Positions 18,232 to 27,729 of a stretch of 64,000 nt of DNA are shown here, in pieces. Origin of the DNA: a virus; IMG/VR virus record IMGVR_UViG_3300037068_000153, positions 1 through 64,000 of that record, one strand, 5' to 3'. Positions within the stretch are counted from its first letter, which is position 1. Each line of letters opens with the position of its first letter. A program made the position numbers and the translations under genes. A model generated the notes under the pieces. That model was not told where the DNA came from. It searched no databases and worked only from the letters and a program-made list of their open reading frames with translations.

Positions 18232-18422
18232 GCGTGGAGCAACTGTTTGTCGTCGCCGTCGAGGGCGTCGGCATCGTGCGGCACATGTGCTTCAACGTAG
18301 GGTCAGCGATCAAGTACATGTGGCGAGCGGGATTGAAGCCCGGCGAGGCATCGGTGAAAGACTTGAAAAAGGCGATTTGGTACATCAACGACGAGATCGC
18401 CAGGCTCGAGAAGAAGCTCTAG
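18198..18422 (+). CDS. DUF3310-like protein, N-terminus degenerate
   Basis: FNVGSAIKYMWRAGLK...DLKKAIWY; the usual VNHP.HY start is absent. Confidence 0.75.
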   Translation: MGEERVEIAVLSVEQLFVVAVEGVGIVRHMCFNVGSAIKYMWRAGLKPGEASVKDLKKAIWYINDEIARLEKKL

Positions 18423-18940
18423 TCCTTCCGCGCCCCCGCCCGCATCGCGAAGTCCACGTTCGGCCAGCTCTCCACCGGCACGTCCCCGCCCAGCCGCTTC
18501 GCCCAGGCCGCGATCTTGACCGCCATCGGCAGGTTCACCTCGCGCTCGCCCGTGGCCAGCATGTGCAGATACTGGCGCGAGCGGCCGAGCTCCGATGCGG
18601 CGCGGCCGAAGCTGATGCCTTGGTCGTCGAGCATGCGGCCGAACACGGTGCGCCGCTGCGGCTTGGGCCGCGGGCGCATGCGGCGGACGCGGCCCAGCTT
18701 GTCGATCTCGTCGCCAAGTGCCTCCCACTGCTCGATGGGGTACGATAGCCCGCGCGTCCGAGCCCAGACCGCGATGCGCGCCGCCATGCGCAGGCTGACG
18801 CTTTCGCGGTCGTGCATGATCTGCCCGAAGTAGCCCAGTGAGCAGCCGATCTCCTCCGCCGCCTCGTTGGGCACGACGCCGTTGCCAACGACGAATTGAC
18901 CGAACTTGGTGAGCTTCCTGGCTTTATCAGATCGAGGCAT
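18419..18940 (-). CDS. transcriptional regulator with two tandem XRE-like HTH domains
   Basis: Two similar halves: EAAEEIGCSLGY..VSLRMAARIAVW and RAASELGRSRQY..VNLPMAVKIAAW. Confidence 0.75.
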   Translation of the reverse strand: MPRSDKARKLTKFGQFVVGNGVVPNEAAEEIGCSLGYFGQIMHDRESVSLRMAARIAVWARTRGLSYPIEQWEALGDEIDKLGRVRRMRPRPKPQRRTVFGRMLDDQGISFGRAASELGRSRQYLHMLATGEREVNLPMAVKIAAWAKRLGGDVPVESWPNVDFAMRAGARKD

Positions 18941-18987
18941 CGACGCTAAAGCTCGCGCGCGGAAGCGTTTTTGTCAACAGAATTCTA
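18941..18987 (-). promoter_or_regulatory. conserved promoter driving the tandem-HTH gene
   Basis: Minus strand reads AGAATTCTGTTGACA...GCGCGAGCT, then ATG. Confidence 0.7.
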
Positions 18988-18992
18988 GCGGG

Positions 18993-19406
18993 CTACGGGG
19001 CGCTTTCGACGGCGCGCGCCCGTCGCGATTCGAACGCGGCGGGCCAGTGGGCGTGATTGACGAGGCAGTTGGCGAGGTGCGTGAGCAGGAACAGGAGCAC
19101 GTAGAACGCGTACTTGCCCGCCTTCTCGACGGCGCTCTTGGTGGTGGCGCGGGGCACCTGGAGCTCGACGCCGGCGGGCAGCCGAAACTTGTCGGTCTGC
19201 TCGGGCGTGTCGCGCCGACGCTTGGCGCCGCCCCCGAGAACGACCACCATGGCGCCCTCGACGCCGTCGAGCCGCGCGTTGATTTGCCGGGTGAAGGTAT
19301 TCAAGCCGATAGCGAGGTCAGCAACAGCCCTAGCGGTGAGCTTCTGACGGTCGGCGATCGTCGACTGGAGCCGTAGAATCTTCTCGTCGGTCGTCTCGTC
19401 GGCCAT
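18993..19406 (-). CDS. membrane protein in the lysis cassette (holin/anti-holin candidate)
   Basis: GGAGG RBS, coiled-coil N-terminus, C-terminal TM segment. Confidence 0.65.
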   Translation of the reverse strand: MADETTDEKILRLQSTIADRQKLTARAVADLAIGLNTFTRQINARLDGVEGAMVVVLGGGAKRRRDTPEQTDKFRLPAGVELQVPRATTKSAVEKAGKYAFYVLLFLLTHLANCLVNHAHWPAAFESRRARAVESAP

Positions 19407-19552
19407 GGGGCCCGTCCTCCACCGCGGTTTTAAACTCTCCTACCGCGCGGACCATCATAGCAAATTCCTCGTTCGTATCGCCCATGTCCGCCTCCTCTTG
19501 TGGCGCGTTTCGCTCGCGCTCTAGATGCGACAATACGCCGCGCGTTATCACA

Positions 19553-20098
19553 CTAGTACCCATGACACGCCTGGATGTGCATGCGATCGCTCCGCGTTTT
19601 GAAATCGGCGCCGCAGACGAGACCAAGCTGACGCGCGTCGTCGAGCCACGCCTCGGGCAGATCGTTTAGGGGGCCGACAGCGCGCCGCGGGTCGCCGAGC
19701 GGGCAGGGCGCCACCAGCCGATTAGTGTTTTCGTTGGCGTCTATAGCGATGCCCCAGCTGTGGGTCGAGTACAGCTGCGAGCCCGGGGGCGCGCCGCGCT
19801 GCAGCCGCGGGGAGAAGCACGCCAGCTTGACTAGCCGGTAGGGGTCGCCGGAGCGCACGCGCGCGGACCAGGCGTCGAGCAGCCGGCCGAGCAGCGGGGC
19901 GAACATACGGTGGCAGTAGATGGCCTGGCGCGCGTTGGGGATGAAACCGTGCTCGAGCGTCGCCATGTTGCGTCGCTCCCAGGCCCCGTCGACCTCATAG
20001 TCGCGGCCGACGAGGTGTACCTTCGGGTCGCCGTAGACTTCGACGATCTGCTCGAGCCCGTCGGGCACCTGCGCCGGGATGACGTCGGCCGAGCCCAC
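19553..20098 (-). CDS. endolysin, M15-family Zn peptidase
   Basis: YGDP, STHSWGIAID, D.MH motifs. Confidence 0.85.
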   Translation of the reverse strand: MGSADVIPAQVPDGLEQIVEVYGDPKVHLVGRDYEVDGAWERRNMATLEHGFIPNARQAIYCHRMFAPLLGRLLDAWSARVRSGDPYRLVKLACFSPRLQRGAPPGSQLYSTHSWGIAIDANENTNRLVAPCPLGDPRRAVGPLNDLPEAWLDDARQLGLVCGADFKTRSDRMHIQACHGY

Positions 20099-20334
20099 TA
20101 TGCGGGCTCTTCCGTCTTGGACGCTGATGCGATCTCGGATTCGATCTCAGCGTCGCGAGCCTTTACGGCCGCCTCGGTCGTGGCGCGGTCCTGCGCGGTG
20201 GCGGCGAGTTGCGCCTGCAGCTTGACCTCGAGGTCGGCCAGCTCCTTGAGCTTCGACGCGTCGTAAAGGTCGGTCCCTTCGGTCAACGCCAGCTGCACCA
20301 GCGAGATGAGCAGGGAGAGCTCGGCCGGCGTCAC
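20098..20334 (-). CDS. small coiled-coil protein with hydrophobic N-terminus
   Basis: Coupled between the lipoprotein and endolysin genes. Confidence 0.65.
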   Translation of the reverse strand: MTPAELSLLISLVQLALTEGTDLYDASKLKELADLEVKLQAQLAATAQDRATTEAAVKARDAEIESEIASASKTEEPA

Positions 20335-21053
20335 TTGGACACCGCCTGGAGGTCGGCGATCAGTGCTTCGATCTGAGCCGCCATGCTCGCGAGCTGCGGC
20401 AGGTAGGCGGTGAAGTCCTTCCAGTTGCGGCTACCCTTGTCGGCCGCCTGGCGCACGGTGTCAGCGGTGGAGAGCAGATCGGCGCCGGCGGCGAGCCCGG
20501 CTAACGCCTTGTCAATCTTGGGCTTGTAGGCACTGAACTCGGTGCGCGCCTGCGCCACCTTGCCGGCCGTGATCTCGCTGTGCAGCGCATCCGTCTTGGC
20601 CTTGTCGATGCCATCGACGACGCGGTAGCCCAGCGACACCGTCTTGCCGAGCGTCATCTCAGCGAGGATCGTGTCCTTCTGCGCGCTGGCGCACCCCGCC
20701 AGGGTCAGGGCGAGCCCGAGCGCGGTCAGGAGCGCCAGCACCAGCATCACACCGGTGGTCACCATGCCCGACTGCTTGCGCGCGGCGGGGTCGGCGGGGT
20801 CGCGCACGGTCCAGGTCACGAACGGGATCGAGACGGTGAGCCCCATCCATGTCTTACCGTTGAGCGTCGCCGCGAACGAGGGCAGGTCGACGAGCACGAA
20901 GTGCCCGGCGCGCGCGTACCAGGGAGCGCTCGCCGAAGGCTTCGGCCAGCCCCGGGCGATGATGGTGGCGACGGCGATCCAGCCGCCCAGGATGGTCATG
21001 ATGGCGGCCCAGTGCGCGCCGGCCAAAGTCTGCAATTGTCCTAGCATTTGCAT
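20331..21053 (-). CDS. holin-like membrane domain fused to an internal-lipobox lipoprotein
   Basis: N-terminal TM segments, then RKQSG-MVTT, a hydrophobic helix and LAGC. Confidence 0.65.
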   Translation of the reverse strand: MQMLGQLQTLAGAHWAAIMTILGGWIAVATIIARGWPKPSASAPWYARAGHFVLVDLPSFAATLNGKTWMGLTVSIPFVTWTVRDPADPAARKQSGMVTTGVMLVLALLTALGLALTLAGCASAQKDTILAEMTLGKTVSLGYRVVDGIDKAKTDALHSEITAGKVAQARTEFSAYKPKIDKALAGLAAGADLLSTADTVRQAADKGSRNWKDFTAYLPQLASMAAQIEALIADLQAVSK

Positions 21054-21071
21054 CACCCCTACGTTGACGAC

Positions 21072-21101
21072 AGGATAGCGTTTTTGCGCGGCATGGGTCA
21101 A
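21072..21101 (-). promoter_or_regulatory. sigma70-like promoter of the lysis cassette
   Basis: TTGACC N18 TATCCT on the minus strand, divergent from the 21118 promoter. Confidence 0.5.
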
Positions 21102-21117
21102 ATCGAGCCACTCGTTA

Positions 21118-21163
21118 GAAGATTTCTGTTGACAAACTAGATGGCAAGGCGCAAGCTCTCATC
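21118..21163 (+). promoter_or_regulatory. conserved early promoter (TTGACA N17 CAAGCT)
   Basis: GAAGATTTCTGTTGACA; GCGCAAGCT; ATG 6 nt after the -10. Confidence 0.75.
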
Positions 21164-21340
21164 ATGACGATGCAGCTGCGCGATTGGACGACGGGCGAGG
21201 TCATCCGCGACGCCACGGCGCTGGAGGTGCAGTGGTGGAACCGCGTGATCAAGCCCGCCAAGGTGGGTTACATGATCATCGAGGACGGCACCGACGACGG
21301 GCAATACGTGACGGTCGGCGAGGGCCCCGATGTCGTTTGA
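21164..21340 (+). CDS. 58-aa hypothetical protein, likely leaderless; absent from the ORF track
   Basis: MTMQLRDWTTGEVIRDAT... starts right after the promoter. Confidence 0.65.
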   Translation: MTMQLRDWTTGEVIRDATALEVQWWNRVIKPAKVGYMIIEDGTDDGQYVTVGEGPDVV

Positions 21341-21551
21341 GGTGCCCGTCGTCCAGCCTACGATCGTCATCGAGGCCAAGCGCGCGCCGCACGGCGGCGG
21401 TCTGCCAGCTCTCGAGCCCGAGCGCGACGACTTCATCGAGCCGTTGCTGCCGCTCACGCCCGCCTGCGACAGCGACGTCTGGTGGTGGTGCGGCCCGCGC
21501 GGCGACCGGCGCGACGGTGGGTACCTGCGCAAGTCCTACGTGGTGGGATGA
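21330..21551 (+). CDS. hypothetical protein
   Basis: Compact ORF. Confidence 0.55.
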   Translation: MSFEVPVVQPTIVIEAKRAPHGGGLPALEPERDDFIEPLLPLTPACDSDVWWWCGPRGDRRDGGYLRKSYVVG

Positions 21552-21565
21552 GAGGAGAAAATTTG

Positions 21566-21835
21566 ATGAGCATCAACGACAAAAAATCCGTCTTCTTAGA
21601 AGCTAAGCGCGTCGCGCGCCGGGCGGAGCGTATCGTCGCTATCGTCCGCGGCGCTATCGTTCGCGGCACGAGTGACTTCGCCGAAGAGCAGATAGCCGCG
21701 CAGAAGTTGCGCGCCGCGGCGCATAAGTTCGCCCGCACCGACCCGGCCTCCGATGCGGGTGAGCTGAGCGAGGCCGCGCTCTACGCCGCCGCGGTGGCGT
21801 TCGTCGAGCAGTTCCAGAAGGGGATTGATCCATGA
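21566..21835 (+). CDS. hypothetical protein
   Basis: GAGGAG RBS. Confidence 0.65.
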   Translation: MSINDKKSVFLEAKRVARRAERIVAIVRGAIVRGTSDFAEEQIAAQKLRAAAHKFARTDPASDAGELSEAALYAAAVAFVEQFQKGIDP

Positions 21836-22020
21836 TCACCAAAGAGCAGGCCGCGGAGCTGCGCAGACATCTGCAAGACTATCGTCAAGCCACGCGAGAG
21901 AGCGACGACTACGACCAGTGGCGGCACCCCGAACCTGTCTATCGTGAGCGTCTCAACAAACGCCTCTATGAGACGCGCCTCGCGGTCGAGAATTACATCG
22001 ACGAACTGACGGAGAAATGA
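21832..22020 (+). CDS. hypothetical protein
   Basis: ATGA overlaps. Confidence 0.6.
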   Translation: MITKEQAAELRRHLQDYRQATRESDDYDQWRHPEPVYRERLNKRLYETRLAVENYIDELTEK

Positions 22021-22286
22021 CCATGGCCACCGAAGCAGCGACTCACGACTATGTCCCGGCGGCCATGCGCCCGTACACGCACCAGATCGCGCCGGGCGTC
22101 TCACGCGTGCGCTTCACGCGCGCGGGCGTCGGGGCGAGGTACTGGATGGTGGTGATGGGGGTGATCGTCGGCGAGCTCCTGGAGGGCCGCGCCTCCGCCA
22201 TCTACCTCGCGCGTGGTCAGGCCCCGCAGCTCTACGCGTCGGTCGAGGCGGTCGACGCCGCGGTGGCGCAGGAGGCGCGCCGATGA
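22017..22286 (+). CDS. hypothetical protein
   Basis: ATGA overlaps. Confidence 0.6.
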   Translation: MTMATEAATHDYVPAAMRPYTHQIAPGVSRVRFTRAGVGARYWMVVMGVIVGELLEGRASAIYLARGQAPQLYASVEAVDAAVAQEARR

Positions 22287-22405
22287 GCTTCGACGAGAAA
22301 AAATTGCGCGATGCACTGCAGGGCATCGAAAAGCGCGGGCGGACGATGAGCATCAGCGACGTCATCTGCACATGCGGCGCGACGCCGGAGCGTGAAGACG
22401 AGTAA
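22283..22405 (+). CDS. 40-aa hypothetical protein
   Basis: GGAGG RBS, ATGA overlap. Confidence 0.45.
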   Translation: MSFDEKKLRDALQGIEKRGRTMSISDVICTCGATPEREDE

Positions 22406-22427
22406 TGACAAAGGGATGTGATTGAAA

Positions 22428-23072
22428 ATGATCGCTGCACTCTTCGTCGAAACGAACGGCGTCTACTTCGGCCTCGCCGACGTGCAGCCGTGGGACAAGA
22501 ATGCCGACGCGCGCAAGTACGACGGACCGTTCCCTGTGGTGGCGCACCCTCCGTGCGAGCGCTGGGGCCGCTATTGGAGCGGAGGCCCGAGCGCCGGCAT
22601 TCGACGGACCAAGGGCGCTGACGGTGGTTGTTTCGCGTCTGCGTTGGTGGCCGTGCGCCGGTTCGGCGGCGTGCTCGAGCATCCCGAGGCGAGCCACGCG
22701 TGGCGTGAGTTCGGCTTGCGCACGCCTCCGAAATCGGGCGGTTGGATCGTTGCCGACGAGTTCGGCGGCTGGACTTGCTGCGTCGAGCAAGGGCATTACG
22801 GCCATCCGGCGCGCAAGGCGACATGGCTCTATGCGTGCGGCGGTGATTGGCCGGGCGGCATTGTTACGCCGGAGCTCAGGTGGGGGCCGAGTTCAGGCCA
22901 GCGGCTCGACGAGGGGTTCCACTCGAAAGAGGAGCGCGACGCCGCGCGAGCATCGGGCGTGAAGCCGCGCCGCCGTCTATCGACGGCTGAGAATCTGGCC
23001 ACGCCGATCGAGTTTCGCGATCTGCTCTTGAGCATCGCGCGTTCTGCGCGGTCGAATCAGAAGGTGGCGTGA
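22428..23072 (+). CDS. divergent C5 cytosine DNA-methyltransferase-like protein
   Basis: AALF, AHPPC (catalytic PC), VLEHP, Q..YGH..RKATWL. Confidence 0.65.
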   Translation: MIAALFVETNGVYFGLADVQPWDKNADARKYDGPFPVVAHPPCERWGRYWSGGPSAGIRRTKGADGGCFASALVAVRRFGGVLEHPEASHAWREFGLRTPPKSGGWIVADEFGGWTCCVEQGHYGHPARKATWLYACGGDWPGGIVTPELRWGPSSGQRLDEGFHSKEERDAARASGVKPRRRLSTAENLATPIEFRDLLLSIARSARSNQKVA

Positions 23073-23255
23073 GTGACGAGAATCAGAGATAGCAAAAAGT
23101 GCGGAATACCGTCGATGACGCTCGGCCCGTGTGACACGGAATGGGGTCACGATGGCGACATGCACGCTAGCCGCGGCGACGGCTTCTACGCTCGCGACTA
23201 CGAAGAGGAGCACCGCAAGCGACAGGCGCAGCGACGCAATAAGAAGAGCCGATAA
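23073..23255 (+). CDS. small hypothetical protein
   Basis: C...C...GH.G.H motif. Confidence 0.5.
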   Translation: MTRIRDSKKCGIPSMTLGPCDTEWGHDGDMHASRGDGFYARDYEEEHRKRQAQRRNKKSR

Positions 23256-23272
23256 CTACCATTATCACCACC

Positions 23273-23653
23273 ATGACCAAGGATGAAATGACCGAAATCG
23301 AGTTCAAGGCGCAGTTAGCGGCGGTGACAAGGGAGCGGGATTCAATGTTGGTTCCGTACACTTCGGAACCGTGCCCGAACTGCATCCACGGGGCTGTCAT
23401 CAACGGACGGCGCGTGCATGTTCCCGGGTGTCAATCGGTATCGTTCGCATCCGCGAACCAGCTGCTACTCGGGTTTGCAATGCTGCTTGTAGGCTGCGCA
23501 CCCTGTGAGAAAGATGCACCGGCGGATATGCCCGAAAATTACGGCACAACCTGCAATGACGCTGGTAGTTGCATTGTCAAATCCCCATATCCGTTTCCTG
23601 ATTGCGCAGGGACCGATATGCGCCTTTGCCAACAGCACACCGATGGTGGCTAG
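23273..23653 (+). CDS. Cys-rich protein with an internal lipobox
   Basis: LLLGFAMLLVGC followed by a Cys-rich tail ending DGG. Confidence 0.55.
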   Translation: MTKDEMTEIEFKAQLAAVTRERDSMLVPYTSEPCPNCIHGAVINGRRVHVPGCQSVSFASANQLLLGFAMLLVGCAPCEKDAPADMPENYGTTCNDAGSCIVKSPYPFPDCAGTDMRLCQQHTDGG

Positions 23654-23814
23654 TGACCAAAGAGGAGTTGCAAGCGCTGCGCGCAGCGCTAGAAGAAATC
23701 GCCAAGGCGATATGCCGATCGTCTACGCCCATCGCGGAGCAACAGCCGATACTCATGGCGATAGATCGTGTCCAGGCGTCGCTTCGATGCTCCCCGTGGG
23801 ACGTGGCAGGATAG
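23653..23814 (+). CDS. small hypothetical protein
   Basis: TAGTG overlap. Confidence 0.45.
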   Translation: MTKEELQALRAALEEIAKAICRSSTPIAEQQPILMAIDRVQASLRCSPWDVAG

Positions 23815-23817
23815 GAG

Positions 23818-24024
23818 ATGACGATGGACAAAACGTCGGCGACAGCAAGGACTCGAGTGTGCATTCTCGACGATGGCGAGAGGGCGTACTGCGGTGATGA
23901 TTTGTTTGATCGTGACGAGTGGTTCGATACGCCAGTTAGTGATCACATACTCGCCAGCGCCATCTTGTGTCTCGACTGCAAGAGCGAGTACATGACCACG
24001 CGCACGAAAGCAGGTGGCGAGTGA
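23818..24024 (+). CDS. small hypothetical protein
   Basis: AGGAG RBS, CxxC. Confidence 0.55.
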   Translation: MTMDKTSATARTRVCILDDGERAYCGDDLFDRDEWFDTPVSDHILASAILCLDCKSEYMTTRTKAGGE

Positions 24025-24680
24025 GCGACCAACCGACGTGCGATTTTCACTGGCACGAGAGCGAGATCCAAGCACTACAGAAGGCGCGCGACGCCGCCCT
24101 TGCTGATCTGTCGCAGGCGCGGGCGGAAATCGAGATATGGAAGACGCGAGAGTACGCGGCGCATAACGCGTACACCCAAGTCAAGGCGCAACGCGACACT
24201 GCGAACGCTCGCGCGGAGGCGGCGGAGGCGCAGCTCGCGAAGGTCCGACATGATCGCGATGAGATGATTCGCGTTCACGACGAAGTGGAGGCCGACCGCG
24301 ACCAGCTTCGCGACGAGAACGCGCGGCTTAAGGCTGAGTGCAACGCCCGCCATGGTGCCCAGGTTGGACTTGGTCAGGAGTTGAATCGCACGCAAGCCCT
24401 CCTCGGTCGCGCGGTGGTTATTTTGAAGAGTGCGTACTGGGACCGCGCTCCGTTCTCTATCGCTGACACCAAGAAAGCAGAGGAACTTCTCGCCGACCCC
24501 ACCGCGACCACCGCCGCCGACGCGTGGCGCGCGCAGCAGGAGGAGCGCGCGGAGCTGGAGGCATTGATTCCGTTTGTTCGGCTTGCCGCAGAGGGATGCC
24601 TGACGGTACGGCAGCAATGTGAAGCCGGTGACGCGATCGCCAAGGTCGACGCGCGGCGCGAGGAAGGCGGTGCAAAGTGA
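24021..24680 (+). CDS. coiled-coil hypothetical protein
   Basis: Heptad-like A/E/R-rich sequence; GTGA overlaps. Confidence 0.7.
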   Translation: MSDQPTCDFHWHESEIQALQKARDAALADLSQARAEIEIWKTREYAAHNAYTQVKAQRDTANARAEAAEAQLAKVRHDRDEMIRVHDEVEADRDQLRDENARLKAECNARHGAQVGLGQELNRTQALLGRAVVILKSAYWDRAPFSIADTKKAEELLADPTATTAADAWRAQQEERAELEALIPFVRLAAEGCLTVRQQCEAGDAIAKVDARREEGGAK

Positions 24681-24958
24681 GCCATCACTGCCACGTCCCC
24701 GGCTGCGACACGCCGTGCCCGCCACGTCTCCTCATGTGCCCTGCACACTGGCGCTTAGTTCCATTCGAGATTCAAGGCGAGGTGTACGCGACCGTCGGCA
24801 AGCGCGGGAAGTTGATCGATGCTTCGTGGGCACCATGGTGGCGCGCGCGAACGAAGGCGATTCACGCGATCATGAAGGCTGAGGGTCGCGACCCCGAACG
24901 CATTGAACGATGGTTCGAACTCGCGATGCGTACCGCTGACGCATTGGAGGCGCGATGA
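24677..24958 (+). CDS. Zn-binding hypothetical protein
   Basis: HHCHVPGC...LMCPAHW motif. Confidence 0.75.
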   Translation: MSHHCHVPGCDTPCPPRLLMCPAHWRLVPFEIQGEVYATVGKRGKLIDASWAPWWRARTKAIHAIMKAEGRDPERIERWFELAMRTADALEAR

Positions 24959-25383
24959 CCCCGCAGCGTGACGATGCCATTCGCGAAATGCAGCAGAGGC
25001 TGCGCAATGAGCAGGACGCCCACGCCCGCACGCAGGTCGAGGCGGCGGCGCTCCTGAATTGGTGCGCGGCTTGGCTCATCCGCGCGCGCCTTGCGATCTA
25101 CCGCGAGGGATGGGAAGAGGGCATGTCCTCGACTGAGGCTGCGGACGCTCTGACGTCGGTCCTCTTCAACCTGGGATGCGACAACGGCAGCGAGCGCGAA
25201 CACGACATCGCCGAAACGAAGCGGCTACTGGCGATGCCTATCACCTACGTGCCGCCCGCCGGCCGCGCCCTCGCCGAGCGCGTGAAGCTGTGGCGCCAAC
25301 TAGAGAGCGCCGTGCGTGAGCAGGACTGGCGACTGATGGATGACACGCTGTCGCGGCTCGCCGCCCTCGACGAGTCCACCTAA
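24955..25383 (+). CDS. hypothetical protein
   Basis: GGAGG RBS, ATGA overlap. Confidence 0.7.
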   Translation: MTPQRDDAIREMQQRLRNEQDAHARTQVEAAALLNWCAAWLIRARLAIYREGWEEGMSSTEAADALTSVLFNLGCDNGSEREHDIAETKRLLAMPITYVPPAGRALAERVKLWRQLESAVREQDWRLMDDTLSRLAALDEST

Positions 25384-25523
25384 TGGGCATGCTCCTCGTC
25401 GATCTCGCGCACCGCACCGTCCGCCTCGCGCTTACTACTGCGGCGCTGGTCTACGTCGTGACGGTGCCGGCGGGTGTGCAGGCGATCGTGGCGTTGGCGG
25501 TAATGAGTAGGAGGGGGCGATGA
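25383..25523 (+). CDS. 46-aa hydrophobic peptide
   Basis: TAATG and ATGA overlaps. Confidence 0.45.
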   Translation: MGMLLVDLAHRTVRLALTTAALVYVVTVPAGVQAIVALAVMSRRGR

Positions 25524-25765
25524 GCATCTACAGCGTGCGCCTGCACTTGAGCGAGCGCGCGCTTGAGGACTGCGCCGCGGGCTCGTTCGTGCCGCCCGCC
25601 GACGCCTGGGCTCAGGACCTCACCGCCGCGCTCGTGGTCGCCCGGGCCGCGCCCGGCATCGCCGGCGCCACCATCTGGGAGGGCGACGTCATGGTCGCAG
25701 TGTGGACCCCGGGCGTAACCGACCGCGGTGTGGCGTACTACTTCCACGGACGGGCGCCGAGCTAG
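25520..25765 (+). CDS. hypothetical protein
   Basis: GGAGG RBS. Confidence 0.65.
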   Translation: MSIYSVRLHLSERALEDCAAGSFVPPADAWAQDLTAALVVARAAPGIAGATIWEGDVMVAVWTPGVTDRGVAYYFHGRAPS

Positions 25766-25811
25766 AAATATTTTAGTTGACAAAGTGAACGGCAGAGCGC
25801 ATGGTAGGGGC
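25764..25811 (+). promoter_or_regulatory. conserved early promoter (TTGACA N17 CATGGT)
   Basis: AAATATTTTAGTTGACA; GCGCATGGT; ATG 6 nt after the -10. Confidence 0.75.
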
Positions 25812-26048
25812 ATGAGCAAGCGAGAGCAGAACGCCCCGGTGCAGGCCATCGAGGATCACCGCGCCACCAAGCGCATCGTGGTCGACCTCACCGAGACCGA
25901 CGTGGAGCGCCTCGTGCGCGGGCTGGAGCTAATCGACCGCGGGCGCGGGCGCGACGTGCTGGAGCCGATCGAGCGCGAGATGCAGTGGCGCCTGGACGCG
26001 CGCCGCGCGGCGTTCTCGCTGGACGAAATCAAGGATCGAGGCGAATGA
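25812..26048 (+). CDS. hypothetical protein
   Basis: Directly after the promoter. Confidence 0.65.
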   Translation: MSKREQNAPVQAIEDHRATKRIVVDLTETDVERLVRGLELIDRGRGRDVLEPIEREMQWRLDARRAAFSLDEIKDRGE

Positions 26049-26305
26049 AGATCGAGGCCGAGATGGACCGCCAGTGGGCGGAGCACCAGGAGGGCGATAT
26101 GCCGAAGCCTCTCGTGGAACCCAGGATCACCCAGCGGCGCGAGGACGACACGCTGACGCGCGTTCGCCGGGTGGGGCGCGAGGAGGCACTGTGGGAGGTG
26201 GTCTCGCTCCTCAACCGCGCCGTGACCGACTGCCGCGACAAGGGCCAGGCGACGGGGCAGCTGGAAGAGGTCCGTGCGGCGGTGCGCAAGATGGCGGGTG
26301 GATGA
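26045..26305 (+). CDS. hypothetical protein
   Basis: ATGA overlap, GAGG RBS. Confidence 0.65.
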   Translation: MKIEAEMDRQWAEHQEGDMPKPLVEPRITQRREDDTLTRVRRVGREEALWEVVSLLNRAVTDCRDKGQATGQLEEVRAAVRKMAGG

Positions 26306-26325
26306 TGAAGAAAGGGCAAACGACG

Positions 26326-26645
26326 ATGCGAAGCTTACTGCTCTTGCTCCTCTTATCCGGCTGTGATGGCGCGCTCGCGGGCGGCGACCCGGGCGCGTGC
26401 CCCGGGGTCGAGGTCGACGGCTATGTGCAGTGCGCCCCCGCGGCGGAGGAGGGCTGCATCTGCGGGCGCCAAATGCCTCCGGGCTCCCCGCAGGCGCTGT
26501 CCGGCGGCTGCTACGCCTCGCCCGGCAAGTCGGCCTCATGCTGCGAGGGGTGTTGGGACCGGGACACCGCGCGCTGCCTTCCCGGCGACGGCAGCGAAGG
26601 GCGCTACGGCTCGCACGGCGCCAGCTGCTCGCTCGAGCCGCGACG

Positions 26646-26649
<4 letters not shown>
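26326..26649 (+). CDS. Cys-rich lipoprotein
   Basis: MRSLLLLLLLSGC lipobox; many Cys residues. Confidence 0.75.
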
Positions 26650-27598
<949 letters not shown>

Positions 27599-27602
<4 letters not shown>

Positions 27603-27691
27603 AGGCACCCCAGCGCGGCGCAGGCGGCGAGGATGAGCAGGATGGAGGTGCCGGCGATGAGGGCGTACGCGAGTGCAACTTGTGCTGTCAT
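27599..27691 (-). CDS. 30-aa hydrophobic peptide
   Basis: MTAQVALAYALIAGTSILLILAACAALGCL; GTGA overlap. Confidence 0.4.
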
Positions 27692-27729
27692 GCGTCCAGC
27701 CTAGCGGCCGGACAGTAGGACGTAAAGAT

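Noticed and set aside
21045-21053. Lambda-type dual-start holin motif (Met-Gln-Met)
   Set aside because: The intervening residue is uncharged, unlike Met-Lys-Met; too weak to call.
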